Shown piece by piece: positions 30,608-42,810 of a stretch of 64,000 nt of DNA; position 1 is the first letter of the stretch; every line of letters begins with the position of its first letter. The stretch comes from Macrostomum lignano. Taxonomy: Eukaryota. The DNA is taken from NCBI GenBank assembly GCA_002269645.1, contig NIVC01000106.1, positions 434,001-498,000 on the forward strand, in the 5' to 3' direction. The position numbers were made by a program, and so were the translations under genes. The notes under the pieces are model-generated. The model ran no database searches and was not told the DNA's origin. It saw only the letters and a list, made by a program, of their open reading frames with translations.

Positions 30608-31700
30608 AACATTCTTCGCCTTCCTGCTCAGCCTGCTCAAGCTGAACCTGGAGCGCAACGAATCCGAGTTCCCAATTCGATGGCAAGCACTTCCTGTAGG
30701 TTAAAGGCACTGCCATGGGGAAGTCGTTCGCGCCCAGCTACAGCAACATCTACATGGGCTACTGGGAGCAGAGAGGCCTGGAGACCAGCCCGCAGAAGCT
30801 CAGCCTTTGGCTTCGCTACATTGATGAAATCTTCGGCGTGTGGCGCGGCACAGAGGCGGAGCTGGCCCAGTTCCATCAACACCTGGACGCCCTCGACCCG
30901 AACATCCGGCTTCAACTGAGCTACAGCAGCGCAGAGGTGAACTTCCTGGACACCACCGTCCTCTGGGACCGCGAAGGCCACATTAAGAGCCTGGCAAGCA
31001 GGGTGTACTTCAAGCCCACCGACAGCCGAGCCCTCATTCACCACGGCTCCTTTCATCCTAAGTGGACTTTCCGAGGCGTGGTGAAATCCCAGCTCCTCAG
31101 GTACGCCCGGCGGTGCTCCCGGTTGGCCAACTTCGACGCAGCAGGCACCTCGCTGATGTCGAATCTGGTGCAACACCAAGGCTACAGCCAGCGTTTCCTC
31201 CGCACCATCAAGTACGACGTGCTGACTGAGCTGGGCTTCTACCCGACCAGACGGTGGGAGTTCGGCTTCCTGCCGTGCAACTCGGCCCGGCTCTGCAAGT
31301 GCTGCCAGGCGCATGCCAGGTTCACCTCCGTCTACCCCGGATCTGCTGCCACATCGGTCCAACTCGTCATCAGTCCCAGGATCGACTGCAACGCAATGAA
31401 CGCCGGTGCGACCACACTGTGTTTGTCGGCGAGACCGTCAACAGCATCCGCGGTCGCATACTGGCGCACATCGGCGACATCCGACACGCCCGCGACACTC
31501 CGGTGGCCCGCCACTTCACCAGCGATGGCCACAGCCTGGCAGACTTCGCCTTAACCGGCGTGTGGACTCAGGACGGCGCAGGACCGAAGGCCAATGAACG
31601 GCGTCAGCGCCAAGAAGCCAAGCTGATTGATGTCCTGAGGACCCGTTTTCCGCATGGCGCCAACGAGATTTTGGCCGTTGTGCAGCATCCGAGGCCCTAG
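30608..31700 (+). mobile_element. 5'-truncated, degenerate Penelope-like retroelement (RT + GIY-YIG endonuclease)
   Basis: The translation has FDGKHFL*VKGTAMGKSFAPSYSNIYM, WLRYIDEIF (YIDD changed to YIDE), VNFLDTTV and VYFKPTD...HPKW. A frameshifted GIY-YIG-like tail follows (FVGETVNSIRGRILAH...EAKLI..LRTRFPHGANE). Confidence 0.9.
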
Positions 31701-32082
31701 TTGTCATTGTGAGGGACCGGCTGGAACGACACTGCGAGGCCCCGGTGCTGCCAGCCTACACCAAGGGCAGGAGCCTCCGGGAGTTGCTCTGCCGCAGTCG
31801 GCTCGAACCTGCCAATTAACATATTCAGGTATTTTTGCTCTCCCTACTCTGCGTTTTTTCTGCTCCTCTGCCATTGTTTGTACTTGTTTGTTGACTCTGT
31901 CACCTTGTGCGGTGCGGTAACTCTTTCTACGCAACGTTTATTTCTTACCTATTTAATTTTTTTGTTTTACATTATCGGGTGATATTCTATTTGGAAATAT
32001 CTTATTTGACATTTAAATGTCGGTAAGGCCTTTGTTTTTTATTCTATTTATTTTGATCTATTACTCATCATACTCAATCTAT

Positions 32083-32369
32083 GTATCCCCCTTTTGCCCC
32101 GGGCGAGTGTCTATGTGACGCATGTTTTCATTTATTTCCCTAGGTGAATAAATCATTTATTTCCCGCTGCCCCGCGGGCTGATAAATTCGAGACAACAAC
32201 CATAGACAACGAACGGGGGATACATATCATATTCCCCACTCATTTAGCTGTCTAGGGCCAAAAGCACTCGGTGTCTCGATCATTGACCTCGGCTTCGCCT
32301 CGGTCAATAAACGAGACACCTCTTGCTTTTGCCCGCTAGACAACAAAATAAATGGGGAATATATACCAT
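32083..32369. mobile_element. 287-bp insertion of two adjacent palindromic (fold-back) modules, MITE/non-autonomous Crypton-like
   Basis: Absent at the homologous sites of copies 1 and 3. Module 1 has ATGTATCCCCC...GGGGGATACAT (32081-32225). Module 2 is a long hairpin TATTCCCCA...TGGGGAATA with a CTCGGCTTCGCCTCG core. Only an AT dinucleotide is repeated at the ends. Confidence 0.75.
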
Positions 32370-32647
32370 TTATTTTGCCAATTTATAGTTCTCGTATATT
32401 TCTCTATGTACTATCGTATTTTAATTTTTACAATCAATCTTTGCCATAGCTTGACTGCGCATTTGGGGCAAAAAAATGTGCGCCTCTCTCCCAGTAATGA
32501 AAATGGCAGTCCAGCACCCATCCTCAGGATTCCCTGTTGCCACCTTGATGCCACCCTCGGTGCCTTTCCTTTTCCCCTCCTAAACTGATGATTTTAAATA
32601 TTCTGCTTTTGTTTTAAACTCGCAGCATCCCCACTTTCTGTACTTCA

Positions 32648-33305
32648 TCGAGGCTGCTATTTTCTGCCGAGGCGCCGACGGACAAGCGACGAAGCTTCCG
32701 TGCTGTCAGCAGTTCGTCTACCTCGGCTGTCTGGTGCCTGACGTTTGCGAGGACCTGCGACGTCTTCGTGGACTTGCCTGGGCTGCTTTCCGTTCCGTGA
32801 GGGTTGTCCTGCAGTCCGAGGCGCTGCCCGACTGCCAGAGGGCGGCGTTGTTCCAGGTGGTAATCGAGACCGTCCTGCTGTACAACGCCGAGACCTGGAC
32901 GCTGACGGATTCGCTCGAACAGCTGGTCGATGCGGCGCATGCTGGCCTGCTGCGCGCCGCCTTCAACATCGGCTACGAGCGAGTGACCAATGCGGCACTC
33001 TATCGCCGCACCGGCCTGTCCCGCCCCAGCGAACTGTTGCGCCGTCGGCGACTCCAGCTGGCAGGCCAGTTCATCCGAGCCGAGTCGTACTGCTCACAGC
33101 CGGTGCAGGAGGTGCTGCTACTGACGCTACAGGCACCCTACCGGCGGGGACAGGCGCGTACTCGGCGTTTCGTCGACTGCCTGCTGGCTGATGCCGGCGC
33201 CCCGGACAACTGCCGGCGGCGCCGCCTAGGTTCGCGCCCAGGCCTTGAAACGCGCCTTGTGACATTGTCTGCTAACTGATTGACAACGTATTTTGTTGTT
33301 GTTGT
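32648..33305 (+). mobile_element. RTE-type LINE A, uninterrupted allele (empty site for LINE B)
   Basis: TSD TGTACTTCA at 32639-32647 and 33306-33314. A single TGATTGACAAC is present at 33277-33287. Confidence 0.9.
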
Positions 33306-34139
33306 TGTACTTCAGAAATATTCATACAAACGGATCAAGCGGCTCGAATATGCATGTGCTCTGCGCGAGGTTTATTGGCCAGACTTTTAACCATTTGGAA
33401 GCCAAAGGCCTGCACTGCAGGCCATATCGAAACGGCCCAAAAATCCAGAGATTGAACAATTTCTATGGCATCAAAAACCATCTCCCAATCACTAAAGCAA
33501 CTGCCCAGTATGGCCTGCTGTGCAGGTCATGATTGATTTAAAGAAGTCCATTGTGCATTTCCGTTATGTTTTCACTCAAATGTTAAAGGTGAAATAAGCG
33601 TGTGCAGTGAAAATGAGGTGATGCACAAATGTATGTTTTGGTCGTATTAAATGTAGCTAACTTTAATCACTTCACTTTCGTCTGGATTTTCTGGTAGATC
33701 GATGCTTGGATTGATGGTAGAAACCCTCGGAATTCCGGCACCCCGTCATGGTCAAACGAGTTGTCATTTCGACCCTTTCTTACTGGGTCCAGGGGGCTAA
33801 TTCAACCCATTCCGCGGTCGCCTCATCTTGGCTCTCATCAGTTTCTGGATCCATACTTTCCGACTCCGTTTCTGACTCAAAAACCGTCGAGTCATCGCTT
33901 GATAAGCGTCTTCCGAATCGGAATCGAGTCCCAGTCTGCGCAAGGCGTCACTTTTAGCTGTCCTTATCGGGCGCGTAGAAGCAATTTGTGGGTAGGAAGG
34001 TTTGAACAGGAGCTAGCAGAAAAAGTCTGTGGTATACTTTACTTCTGGGCTTCTAGGGTGTGCACTCGATTCAGCAAAAAGGACAAATTTGTCTATGGAC
34101 TGCTGTGCAGGAGGTGATATCAGATATTTGGCAATAATG

Positions 34140-35142
34140 GTTGGTTATTCGTAAATGAGACTTTAGGATAATAGTCCGGCTCATGAGTGCGCGCTATGAG
34201 GACTATTATCCTAAAGTCTCACTTACGAATAACCGCATTGTCGAATTTCAGTGGGGCCATAGACAAAAAGGGCATCGAAAGGAGAGAGGGGTTACCGAGG
34301 AGAGAGAGACATAAAGACTGAGGTGGTTTACTGGAGTTTGGGCCATAGACAACGAAGTTGCAAACAGGCTGGGGGTTAAGAGGGTGGAAAGGAAGGAGAT
34401 GTGGAGAGAAAGAGAGATTAAAACGTAAATAGCTACATTCGCTTGGCCATGGAGAACCAGACGTCATATCCGATCAACTGGGGCAATCTGCCTGTCGAAA
34501 GTTTAGCCAACGTATCTAGCAGCGAACTCAATTGGATCTCAATACTTTCCACATCTCAGAAGGACATGAAGGATAACGAAGACTTTTTGAACTTCTTGCA
34601 CTTTCTTGAGACCTGGAATCGGCTGGGCATTCGATGAGCGAGATCATGGCTATCACGGGTCAAAAGTCCGAGAGCACGGTCCGGCGCTACCTGGCAGTTA
34701 AACGGGACAAGTCCCTGCAACAATGCAGCGATGCAGTGTCGCGTGCGTTGAACATGGGACAAAGCGCCGCGACCCACGGTCAAGTAACAATGCCTACTGA
34801 CATCAGCATCCAAAGTTCCATCGTGCAAGAAGCAGTGAGCGTGTCTGATGGTCGTCAGATGAACGGTCGGAATATCTTTATTATGAACAACTGCACTTTC
34901 AACAATTGCAATCTGTAATGGTCTTCGGCACTATGACAATTGCGCCATATTGATACTGCACAATTAACTTTCCATAGCGCTAATCTTTTGTTGTTGGTGT
35001 TTGCTGTTTTGTTCTAAAAATAGGTGTCCATTATCCCGAGTTTGAAATCATTATCCTGAAGTTTAAGTGAAAAAATAAATAAATGTGCTCATGGTTTAAC
35101 CATAGACGATTGCATTATCCTAAAGGCTGATTTTTGACAATG
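34140..35142 (+). mobile_element. Crypton-like (tyrosine recombinase) internally deleted element
   Basis: 1003-bp insertion absent from copies 1 and 3, bounded by a direct AATG repeat with no TIRs. It encodes LESAGHSMSEIMAITGQKSESTVRRY (tyrosine-recombinase box II ending at Tyr 34688-34690) and a C-terminal NNCTFNNC. It also has a 35-bp-arm hairpin at the left end. Confidence 0.72.
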
Positions 35143-37687
35143 AAGCTGAACTTGTGCTAAACGGCTCTGTTTTGTTTCAAACTGCTTTCTGTCTGCGTAG
35201 CAATGGATAAATAATCAGCGGTCCCAGTGTCGTGCTGCGACCGCTGATTATTTGCATTGTTATGCTGCTTGATCATCCTACAAACAATGCATTGTTAGTA
35301 GTAATATATTGTTCTGCATAAAAATGTAAATAATGATCGTCAAATTGCTAGACAATGAATGGAGGCTTCACGTGCGACAGATTTTGTAGCTATTTTGAGG
35401 AATTCGTGTAGAAAGACATCACCACAAGTTTCGATTTTGAATTACAAAATGTACATTTCATGTATCTGAATTGCGTGTATCTGCAAGTTCAGCTTATTTC
35501 ATTTTTATATTTATTAGTCGATTTTCGTTGCAAAAATACTTTCGGCTCATATCTGTGCAGCGAGAAAATTACATATCATTTGCAGCTTAAAATTGGAGGA
35601 GCATAATACGGCATGTGCATCTACTTGTACGAGTACTATGTGAAATTATGTTGTGTATGAACGAGTATATAGTGTGCCAGGATTCCAAGAGTGAACTGAG
35701 TGTAAAAGTGTGAGTGTGAGAGAGACAGTGAGAAAGTGAGTGTGAGGGAGTGAGTGAAAAAGTGAATGAGTGAGTGAGTGTGAGAGAGTGAGTGTGAGAG
35801 AGTGAGGGTTAGTTAAATTTCCAACACAATTCAATTTACAATAAAATTCAACTTACAATAAAGTTCTATTTCCAAAACAAGTAAACATAAAAACACTTCA
35901 ATTTCATACAATACAAAAACCGGCGGGTTTTTGTATTTTTGGGTCCAGTTGGTTTTCAAACCTTCATCAGTCACCTGAGCAAAAGTGCCTGTCTGGGCGA
36001 AGTTTTAAGGGCACTTTTTCTAATCCAGCCATTGGCCGATGTCAGGGACTCTGTCCGAGATATCAATAATTGAATAGCGACGCATGCAGGAGGGGGGATA
36101 TTTCTGCGTATGGGAATTCTTAATCACTTTGATTATTTATAAAACATAAAATACAGGGACATACATACAACAAAACAATTTTTATGGAAGCAATCATGCT
36201 AGCTACTGGCTCCGGTTTAAGACGGGTTTTAAGATCAGAAAGCCAAATTCATATAGAGAGAAATAGCTATAGCTAGCTAATTAGAAAATATAGGAAATCA
36301 GCACTTGCTTAATAATAATAACGCTGAAGTGCTTGATAAAATGTCCATAATTGGGTCATTTTGGGAGATTTATAAATTGAATAACATAAGGGAGAGTTCC
36401 GCCTCCGCCAGCGTACGCCACTATAGCTATATACATTCAATATCGAGCAAAATATTATTTAAACATATTGTGACCAACATAGCTGAATCCCACACATAAA
36501 CAAACCCAAAAAAGGAGAATATCGTAAAACCTAAGTTAAATCTATTAGTTAAAATTTGATAATGCAAGGCTTAGCTATTGTGAGGAAACTCAAGGGGTCA
36601 GAAGTCTCAACAATTGAATGACAGAATTCAATGTGTAGGCAAGGGTGAACTATTAAGATACCAGTAAAGCTAAATAACAGTTAATAACAACTAATTCACT
36701 AGGATTGGCAATTTGATTCCATTAGCTACACGAAAACGAAGCACAAAAAAGCCCACAGGAAAGCAAATTCACTTGGTTAAACTGAGTATCGATGAAATGA
36801 GAAATATGATTATGGATCATGCTAAAGCAAATGAATGTAACATAAAATAAGAGATATCAATATCAATTTAAAGCCAAAAACTGACTTCAAACTTAAAACA
36901 GGGTTTAATCATGGAGGAAAGAATCTATTCATGGCTTTAATATGTTATCAAATAATTCTTCATAGGTTTCGACAGTTCTCAAAAAAATCAGGCAAAGGAA
37001 AATGTGAGAATTACAATATTCTAATTAACTCACTTCTAAATTAATACTCTGTAACCATTATTTAGTAGTAAAATCGATTTAACTAATAAAACAAAAAGGA
37101 TAAAAAAATCAGCATTTAAAAGTCCACTTCAGTAGCATTTATTGGTATCCCACAGAATGCAACTACTCGTATTACTACGAGTAACACAAACAGGATTAGC
37201 AATGTCAATAAACTGATCAGCATTTAAAGGTTCTATTTATCAGCATTTTGCAGTCGCTACGAGTATACATAAACCACAGAAAATACACAGAAAAGTTAGT
37301 CAGCTCTCTCGCACAGAACCTGCTGATGTAGCAAGTTTGCTTTATACCTCTTTTAATTGATTAGGAGACATGCTTATACCACGAGCTAACAAAGAATAGC
37401 AGTTGAAGTCGCATGGTGGTTTACCAATAGCTATAACAATTATTTAAGTTTTCTAACAAATTTACTAGAATACTCGCAATTTTACCAGATGTATCTCATC
37501 CTTGATTTTCAAAAGAAATAATTTCGAACTCACTTGTTTCAAGCCAGTTTAAAGCTAGTTTTAGTAACCAACTTAAACAACCAACCATTCCATGCATTAT
37601 TCTGTGGTACTACCATGACATTGACAATATTAACAACAGAAACTTCCAGAACAAGGTACCGTCTGTTGCCTTGCCTATGGCCTAAAA

Positions 37688-40255
37688 TTACCTTCTTAAC
37701 TTAAAAATGTTGGCTATTGCCCCAAAAAAGACAGCACGCCTTGAGCGAACAAAACTTGACAGTCGATCAAAAACAAGCTTGCACTGAAATTGTTCGCAGA
37801 TTGATAAAACAGACCGACGTGAGCTATCTCTGTCAGTGAGACAGTCTGGTCCGAGCTCGTTCACCAGCCACTCGAGTGCTGAGCTGCTCACAGCATTGAA
37901 AGCAGCACAGTGCACTGCTGTCATGTTCTTCCATCCTCTCAGCTTGAAACACTCGACTCCATTCATCTTCTCTTTGATGAACTGCATTGATTCCGCCTTC
38001 TGGAACTCAGCCGCAATGTGGATGACTGTGTCATTGTTTGCATCTCTGTCAGTGAGACAGTCTGGACCGAGCTCGTTCACCAGCCACTCGAGTGCTGAGC
38101 TGCTCACAGCATTGCCAGCAGCCCAGTGCACTGCAGTCCTGTTGATCATTCCTCTCAGCTTGAAACACTCGACTCCATTCATCTTCTCTTTGATGAACTG
38201 CATTGATTCTGCCTTCTGGACAGAAGCCGCAATGTGGATGACCGTCAAGTTATCTGCATCTTTATCAGTGAGACAGTCTGGTCCGAGCTCGTTCACCAGC
38301 CACTCGAGTGCTGAGCTGCTCACAGCATTGCCAGCAGCACAGTGCACTGCAGTCATTTTGTTCATTCTTCTCAGCTTGAAACACTCGACTCCATTCATCT
38401 TCTCTTTGATGAACTGCATTGATTTCGCCTTCTGGAACGCAGCCGCAACGTGAATAACTGTGTCACTGTTTGCATTTCTGTCAGTGAGACAACCTCGTCC
38501 GAGCTCGTTCACCAGCCACTCGAGTGCTGAGCTGCTCACTTCATTGCAAGCAGCCCAGTGCACTGTAGTCGTGTTGCAACATCCTCTCAGCTTGAAACAC
38601 TCGACTCCATTCATCTTCTCTTTGATGAACTGCATTGATTCCGCCTTCTGGAACTCAGCCGCAATGTGGATGACTGTGTTATTGTTAGCAGCTCTGTCAG
38701 TGAGACAGTCTGGTCCGAGCTCGTTCACCAGCCACTCGAGTGCTGAGCTGCTCACAGCATTAAAAGCAGCACAGTGCACTGCAGTCTTGTTTTGCCTTCC
38801 TCTTAGCTTGAAACACTCGACTCCATTCATCTTCTCATTGATGAACTGCATTGATTCCGCCTTCTGGAACTGAGCCGCTATGTGGATGACTGTGTTATTG
38901 AATTGATCTCTGTCAGTGAGACAGTCTGGTCCGAGCTTGTTCACCAGCCACTCGAGTGCTGAGCTGCTCACAGCATTGCAAGCAGCCCAGTGCACTGCAG
39001 TCCTGTTGTTGAATCCTCTCAGCTTGAAACACTCGACTCCATTCATCTTCTCTTTGATGAACTGCATTGATTCCGCCTTCTGGAACTCAGCCGCAATGTG
39101 GATGACTGTGTCATTGTCTGCATCTCTGTCAGTGAGACAGTCTGGTCCGAGCTCGTTCACCAGCCACTCGAGTGCTGAGCTGCTCACAGCATTGCAAGCA
39201 GCCCAGTGCACTGCAGTCCTGTTGTTGAATCCTCTCAGCTTGAAACACTCGACTCCATTCATCTTCTCTTTGATGAACTGCATTGATTCCGCCCTCTGGA
39301 ACTCAGCCGCAGTGTGGATGACTGTTAAATTTTTTGTATCTCCGTCAGTGAGACAGTCTGTTCCGAGCTCGTTCACCAGCCACTCGAGTGCTGAGCTGCT
39401 CACAGCATTGCATGCAGCACGGTGCACTGAAGTCATGTTTTGCCTTCCTCTCAGCTTAAAACACTCGACTCCATTCATCTTCTCTTTGATGAACTGCATT
39501 GATTCCGCCTTCTGAAACTGAGCCGCAATGTGGATGACTGTGTCATTGTTTGCATCTCTGTCAGTGAGACAGTCTGGTCCGAGCTCGTTCACCAGCCACT
39601 CGAGTGTTGAGCTGCTCACTTCATTGCAAGCAGCACAATGCACTGCAGTCATGTTGTTAATTCCTCTCAGCTTGAAACACTCGACTCCATTCATCTTCTC
39701 TTTGATGAACTGCATTGATTCCGCCTTCTGGAACTCAGCCGCAGTGTGGATGACTGTGTTATTGTTAGCATCTCTGTCAGTGAGACAGTCCGCTTCGAGT
39801 TCGAACATCAGCCATTGGAATGTCGATCCATGATCTGTGAGATTCTCTGCTGCCCTATGCATCACTGTTTTCTGCCTGCTATCTCTTGCTTCGAATGGGT
39901 TCCAGTCCGCTTCTACTGCCTGCAGCTTCTGTTTCAGGAACTCCATCGTCTCCGCAGTCTGACTCTTTGCTGCCAGGTGAGTCACCGAGTCGCCATCGCT
40001 ATCAACCAGCCGAAATATGTCGACCCCGTGCCCCATCTCCAGTAATCGAAGAACCGGCAGTCCGTCTCTGTCCCGAGCTGCAGCAAAAATGACGCCTTTG
40101 GCGAAGTCTTCTCCAGGTCCGACGATGCTCTCGGACACCTGGAACAGCAGATCATCAGTGAGCTGTTCGTCTCCGTCTGCTACTGCTTGATGGATCTGCC
40201 TATAGAGATGCTGGGATGCCTCGTATTCGCTGGACTCGCTGGGACTCAGAGCTCT
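37688..40255 (-). CDS. Ankyrin-repeat protein, large terminal exon (copy 2), 9 x 72-aa modules
   Basis: 816-aa ORF 37688-40138 plus 39 open codons up to the same acceptor (CAG at 40258-40256). No stops or frameshifts. Confidence 0.9.
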   Translation of the reverse strand, partial: RALSPSESSEYEASQHLYRQIHQAVADGDEQLTDDLLFQVSESIVGPGEDFAKGVIFAAARDRDGLPVLRLLEMGHGVDIFRLVDSDGDSVTHLAAKSQTAETMEFLKQKLQAVEADWNPFEARDSRQKTVMHRAAENLTDHGSTFQWLMFELEADCLTDRDANNNTVIHTAAEFQKAESMQFIKEKMNGVECFKLRGINNMTAVHCAACNEVSSSTLEWLVNELGPDCLTDRDANNDTVIHIAAQFQKAESMQFIKEKMNGVECFKLRGRQNMTSVHRAACNAVSSSALEWLVNELGTDCLTDGDTKNLTVIHTAAEFQRAESMQFIKEKMNGVECFKLRGFNNRTAVHWAACNAVSSSALEWLVNELGPDCLTDRDADNDTVIHIAAEFQKAESMQFIKEKMNGVECFKLRGFNNRTAVHWAACNAVSSSALEWLVNKLGPDCLTDRDQFNNTVIHIAAQFQKAESMQFINEKMNGVECFKLRGRQNKTAVHCAAFNAVSSSALEWLVNELGPDCLTDRAANNNTVIHIAAEFQKAESMQFIKEKMNGVECFKLRGCCNTTTVHWAACNEVSSSALEWLVNELGRGCLTDRNANSDTVIHVAAAFQKAKSMQFIKEKMNGVECFKLRRMNKMTAVHCAAGNAVSSSALEWLVNELGPDCLTDKDADNLTVIHIAASVQKAESMQFIKEKMNGVECFKLRGMINRTAVHWAAGNAVSSSALEWLVNELGPDCLTDRDANNDTVIHIAAEFQKAESMQFIKEKMNGVECFKLRGWKNMTAVHCAAFNAVSSSALEWLVNELGPDCLTDRDSSRRSVLSICEQFQCKLVFDRLSSFVRSRRAVFFGAIANIFKLRR

Positions 40256-40639
40256 CTGAAATCGGATGAGGCAGATAGTTATAATTAGTCTAGGTTAATT
40301 AAAGGCCTATGACATTGGCAGTGAAACTTAAGGACATATAGGTAAATTGGGAAGGGCAGAGCAGAAACATTTCCGCTCGGTTCGGTCGTGAGTGTCGTGC
40401 TATGTGACTGCAAAGTGGCAGAGCAGTTGTTTTCCGCTATCATGTTGATGGGCTGCCGTGTCATCACCTGGCAGCCTTTCCGACTTTTTTCGACATGATC
40501 TTTGTAGGTAAAGCGCGATATATGAGAAAGCAGCATTTCTGTTTGTCCGTTGCTCAACTTGGTGGTGCCGCTATCTACACTTCCTATCAACGACGTCTAC
40601 GAGTACTCTCTGCTTCGGCGGGGTGTATGCAGAAACTAG

Positions 40640-41478
40640 CAGAATTCGCGAGAGACAGCCGATGATATCGCGCTGCTGTCCTTTAACCTCTACGCGACAG
40701 GTGGTGCTTGGCATCACCCTTGTTGCCAACGGCTGTGCCGAAATCGGGACATAGACTATTTGACAGTCGCTTCGAACAACTTTGTTAGTTTTCCTAGGAG
40801 CCACGTTGAAATCAATTAGACCATGGCCGGGTTCCATTTGATTGCCGAACTGCCACATGTCATTGGTGTTATCGACTGCACAAATGTCGCTATCAAGAGT
40901 CCAACTAACAATGAGTATGTTTTTGAGAACAGAAAATCGTTTTATTCTATTAATGTTCAAGCTGTGTGCAGTGTCGCAATGTCATTCACGAACATTCTAG
41001 TACGCCGGCCGAGAAGTACTTACGATTCTTTCATATTCAACAACTCTGCATTAAAGGAGATTCTATCAGAAGTGTTAGTGGCAGTATTCCTCGTCGGAGA
41101 TAGTGGATATCCTCTGAGACCATTTCTCATGAAGGTTTTCGACACTCCAAAAGAGATGCAAGAGAGACCGACTTCAACCGGAGGCTGCGACAAACTCGGG
41201 TGAAAATAGAATGTTCATTCGGGATTCTAAAGTCTCGATTTTAATGCCTGAATCGTCATTCCGCAAGTCTCCGATTCCATCCGAGCAAGTTTTGCTTGAT
41301 AATAAGCGCCTGTTTTGTGCTGCATAACATTGCGATCAACAGAGGAGTTCCACTGGTTGTGCCGATCCAGCCTGACATCAATGACGAACCGGAGGATGTT
41401 GGCGTCGATGATATTGGAGCTAGAAGAGCCGAGCGAATTCGCATCGTAAATTTGATACAACATGCAAGTAATCAGTAA
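40640..41478 (+). pseudogene. PIF/Harbinger transposase relic, copy 2
   Basis: Near-identical to copy 1, with the same disablements. Confidence 0.9.
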
Positions 41479-42810
41479 AGAGGCCCTAGAGCTGGGCCAT
41501 GGTGGGCACGAGGGGCAGCCCCTTGGCGGCGCGGTTGTTCCGGATTTCGGTCTGGAGCTCGAGCGGGAGGCGGTTCCAGAATGCGTAGACGCGGCTGTCG
41601 AGGGTGCACGCGAGCTCACCTAGGCGGAGTAACTGGCCGGTAGCGAGTCGGAGGGCGTCGGTTTAATTCTCGAGCTCATCCAAGTCGGAGTCGGAGCTGC
41701 AGTGAAGAGCGAAAAGGATCTGGAAGAAGGCGTTTTTCTGCTCCTGGGCATCGGCGTAGTTGGCCTGGAGGACGCGGCAGGCTTCGGCGTAGGCGTTGGG
41801 CTGGCAAGCGTCGAGGGCGCCAAGCTTCCGGAGTGCCGAGCCAGAGTGAAGACCGCGGAGCGCCTCAAACTTATCGACGTCGTTGAGACTGGATTGGTCG
41901 ACGCGGTAGAGGAAGGCGTTCCAGAACCCGGGGAATGCGGTTGGGTTGGTGCCGTCGAATGTCGGGAGACGAACCTTCTGGAGAACAGTGGAGTGGATTA
42001 GAGCGGCCGGATCGCTATCGCTGGTTGCGGACGACGACGCAGATGTCAGGGCAGGATGGGAATTAGCGGCGAGCTGTTGTATGAGCAGCTGATTCTGCTG
42101 CATCATGGCGGTCATAGCGGTCAGGAGGGCGTTGATATCGACGGAGGCAGCGGGAGCTGCTGCAGGGATCGCAGTTGTGGATGGAGCAGCGGGAAGAGCA
42201 GATGTCGCGGCTGCTGAAGCAGCAGGCGGCGGGTCACTGGCTTTGACGTGCGGCTGCTCCGCGTCGATTGGCGCTTCAGCAGAGGCTGTGCTGTGGTCGT
42301 TCTTGGACTGCTTGATCTGGTCGCCAGATAGGTCAGTTGTTGATCGCGTGATAACCATGGTAATCCGGACGCTCTGCTACCAATTTGTAGAATAGATTCG
42401 TCGAGGAAGAGAGAGGAACCACGCTCTGCTACCAATTTGTGGAAGTTGACAATAAACTAATATTGAACGAGCGGTTAGCGGGGAAGGAATCAGTAGAAGA
42501 GAAGCAGAGGTGAAGGGCAGAAGCCGCGAGTTGAACTTGTATTTGTACTAACACAGCGAACAGGGTAGCTGAAATGTCTGTGGCAAATTAACGGTTATGC
42601 TAGTCTGTGGGAAAAGCGTGGTAGACGAAGGGAGCCAGCTAACTGAAAAGTACGAGTCTTTATTGCAAAACAGAAAGTAGAAATATTTGAAGGATGAAAT
42701 CGCCAAGACCTCGAATTTGACAAACTTGCTCGGATAGCTAATGAAGTCAGTGTTGCTGCCTGCAAGATAGGTGAAGAATTTCTACTTTCTAGACAAGCAG
42801 GTCATTAACA
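41479..42810 (-). mobile_element. BEL/Pao-type LTR retrotransposon 5' fragment, copy 2
   Basis: gag ORF 42358-41663 (231 aa, with a different premature stop from copy 1). PBS at 42434-42417. Confidence 0.8.

Noticed and set aside
31700-32000. Hammerhead ribozyme expected in a Penelope 3' region/pseudo-LTR
   Set aside because: I found no CTGANGA...GAAA core with flanking stems on either strand by eye. A covariance-model search would be needed to exclude it.
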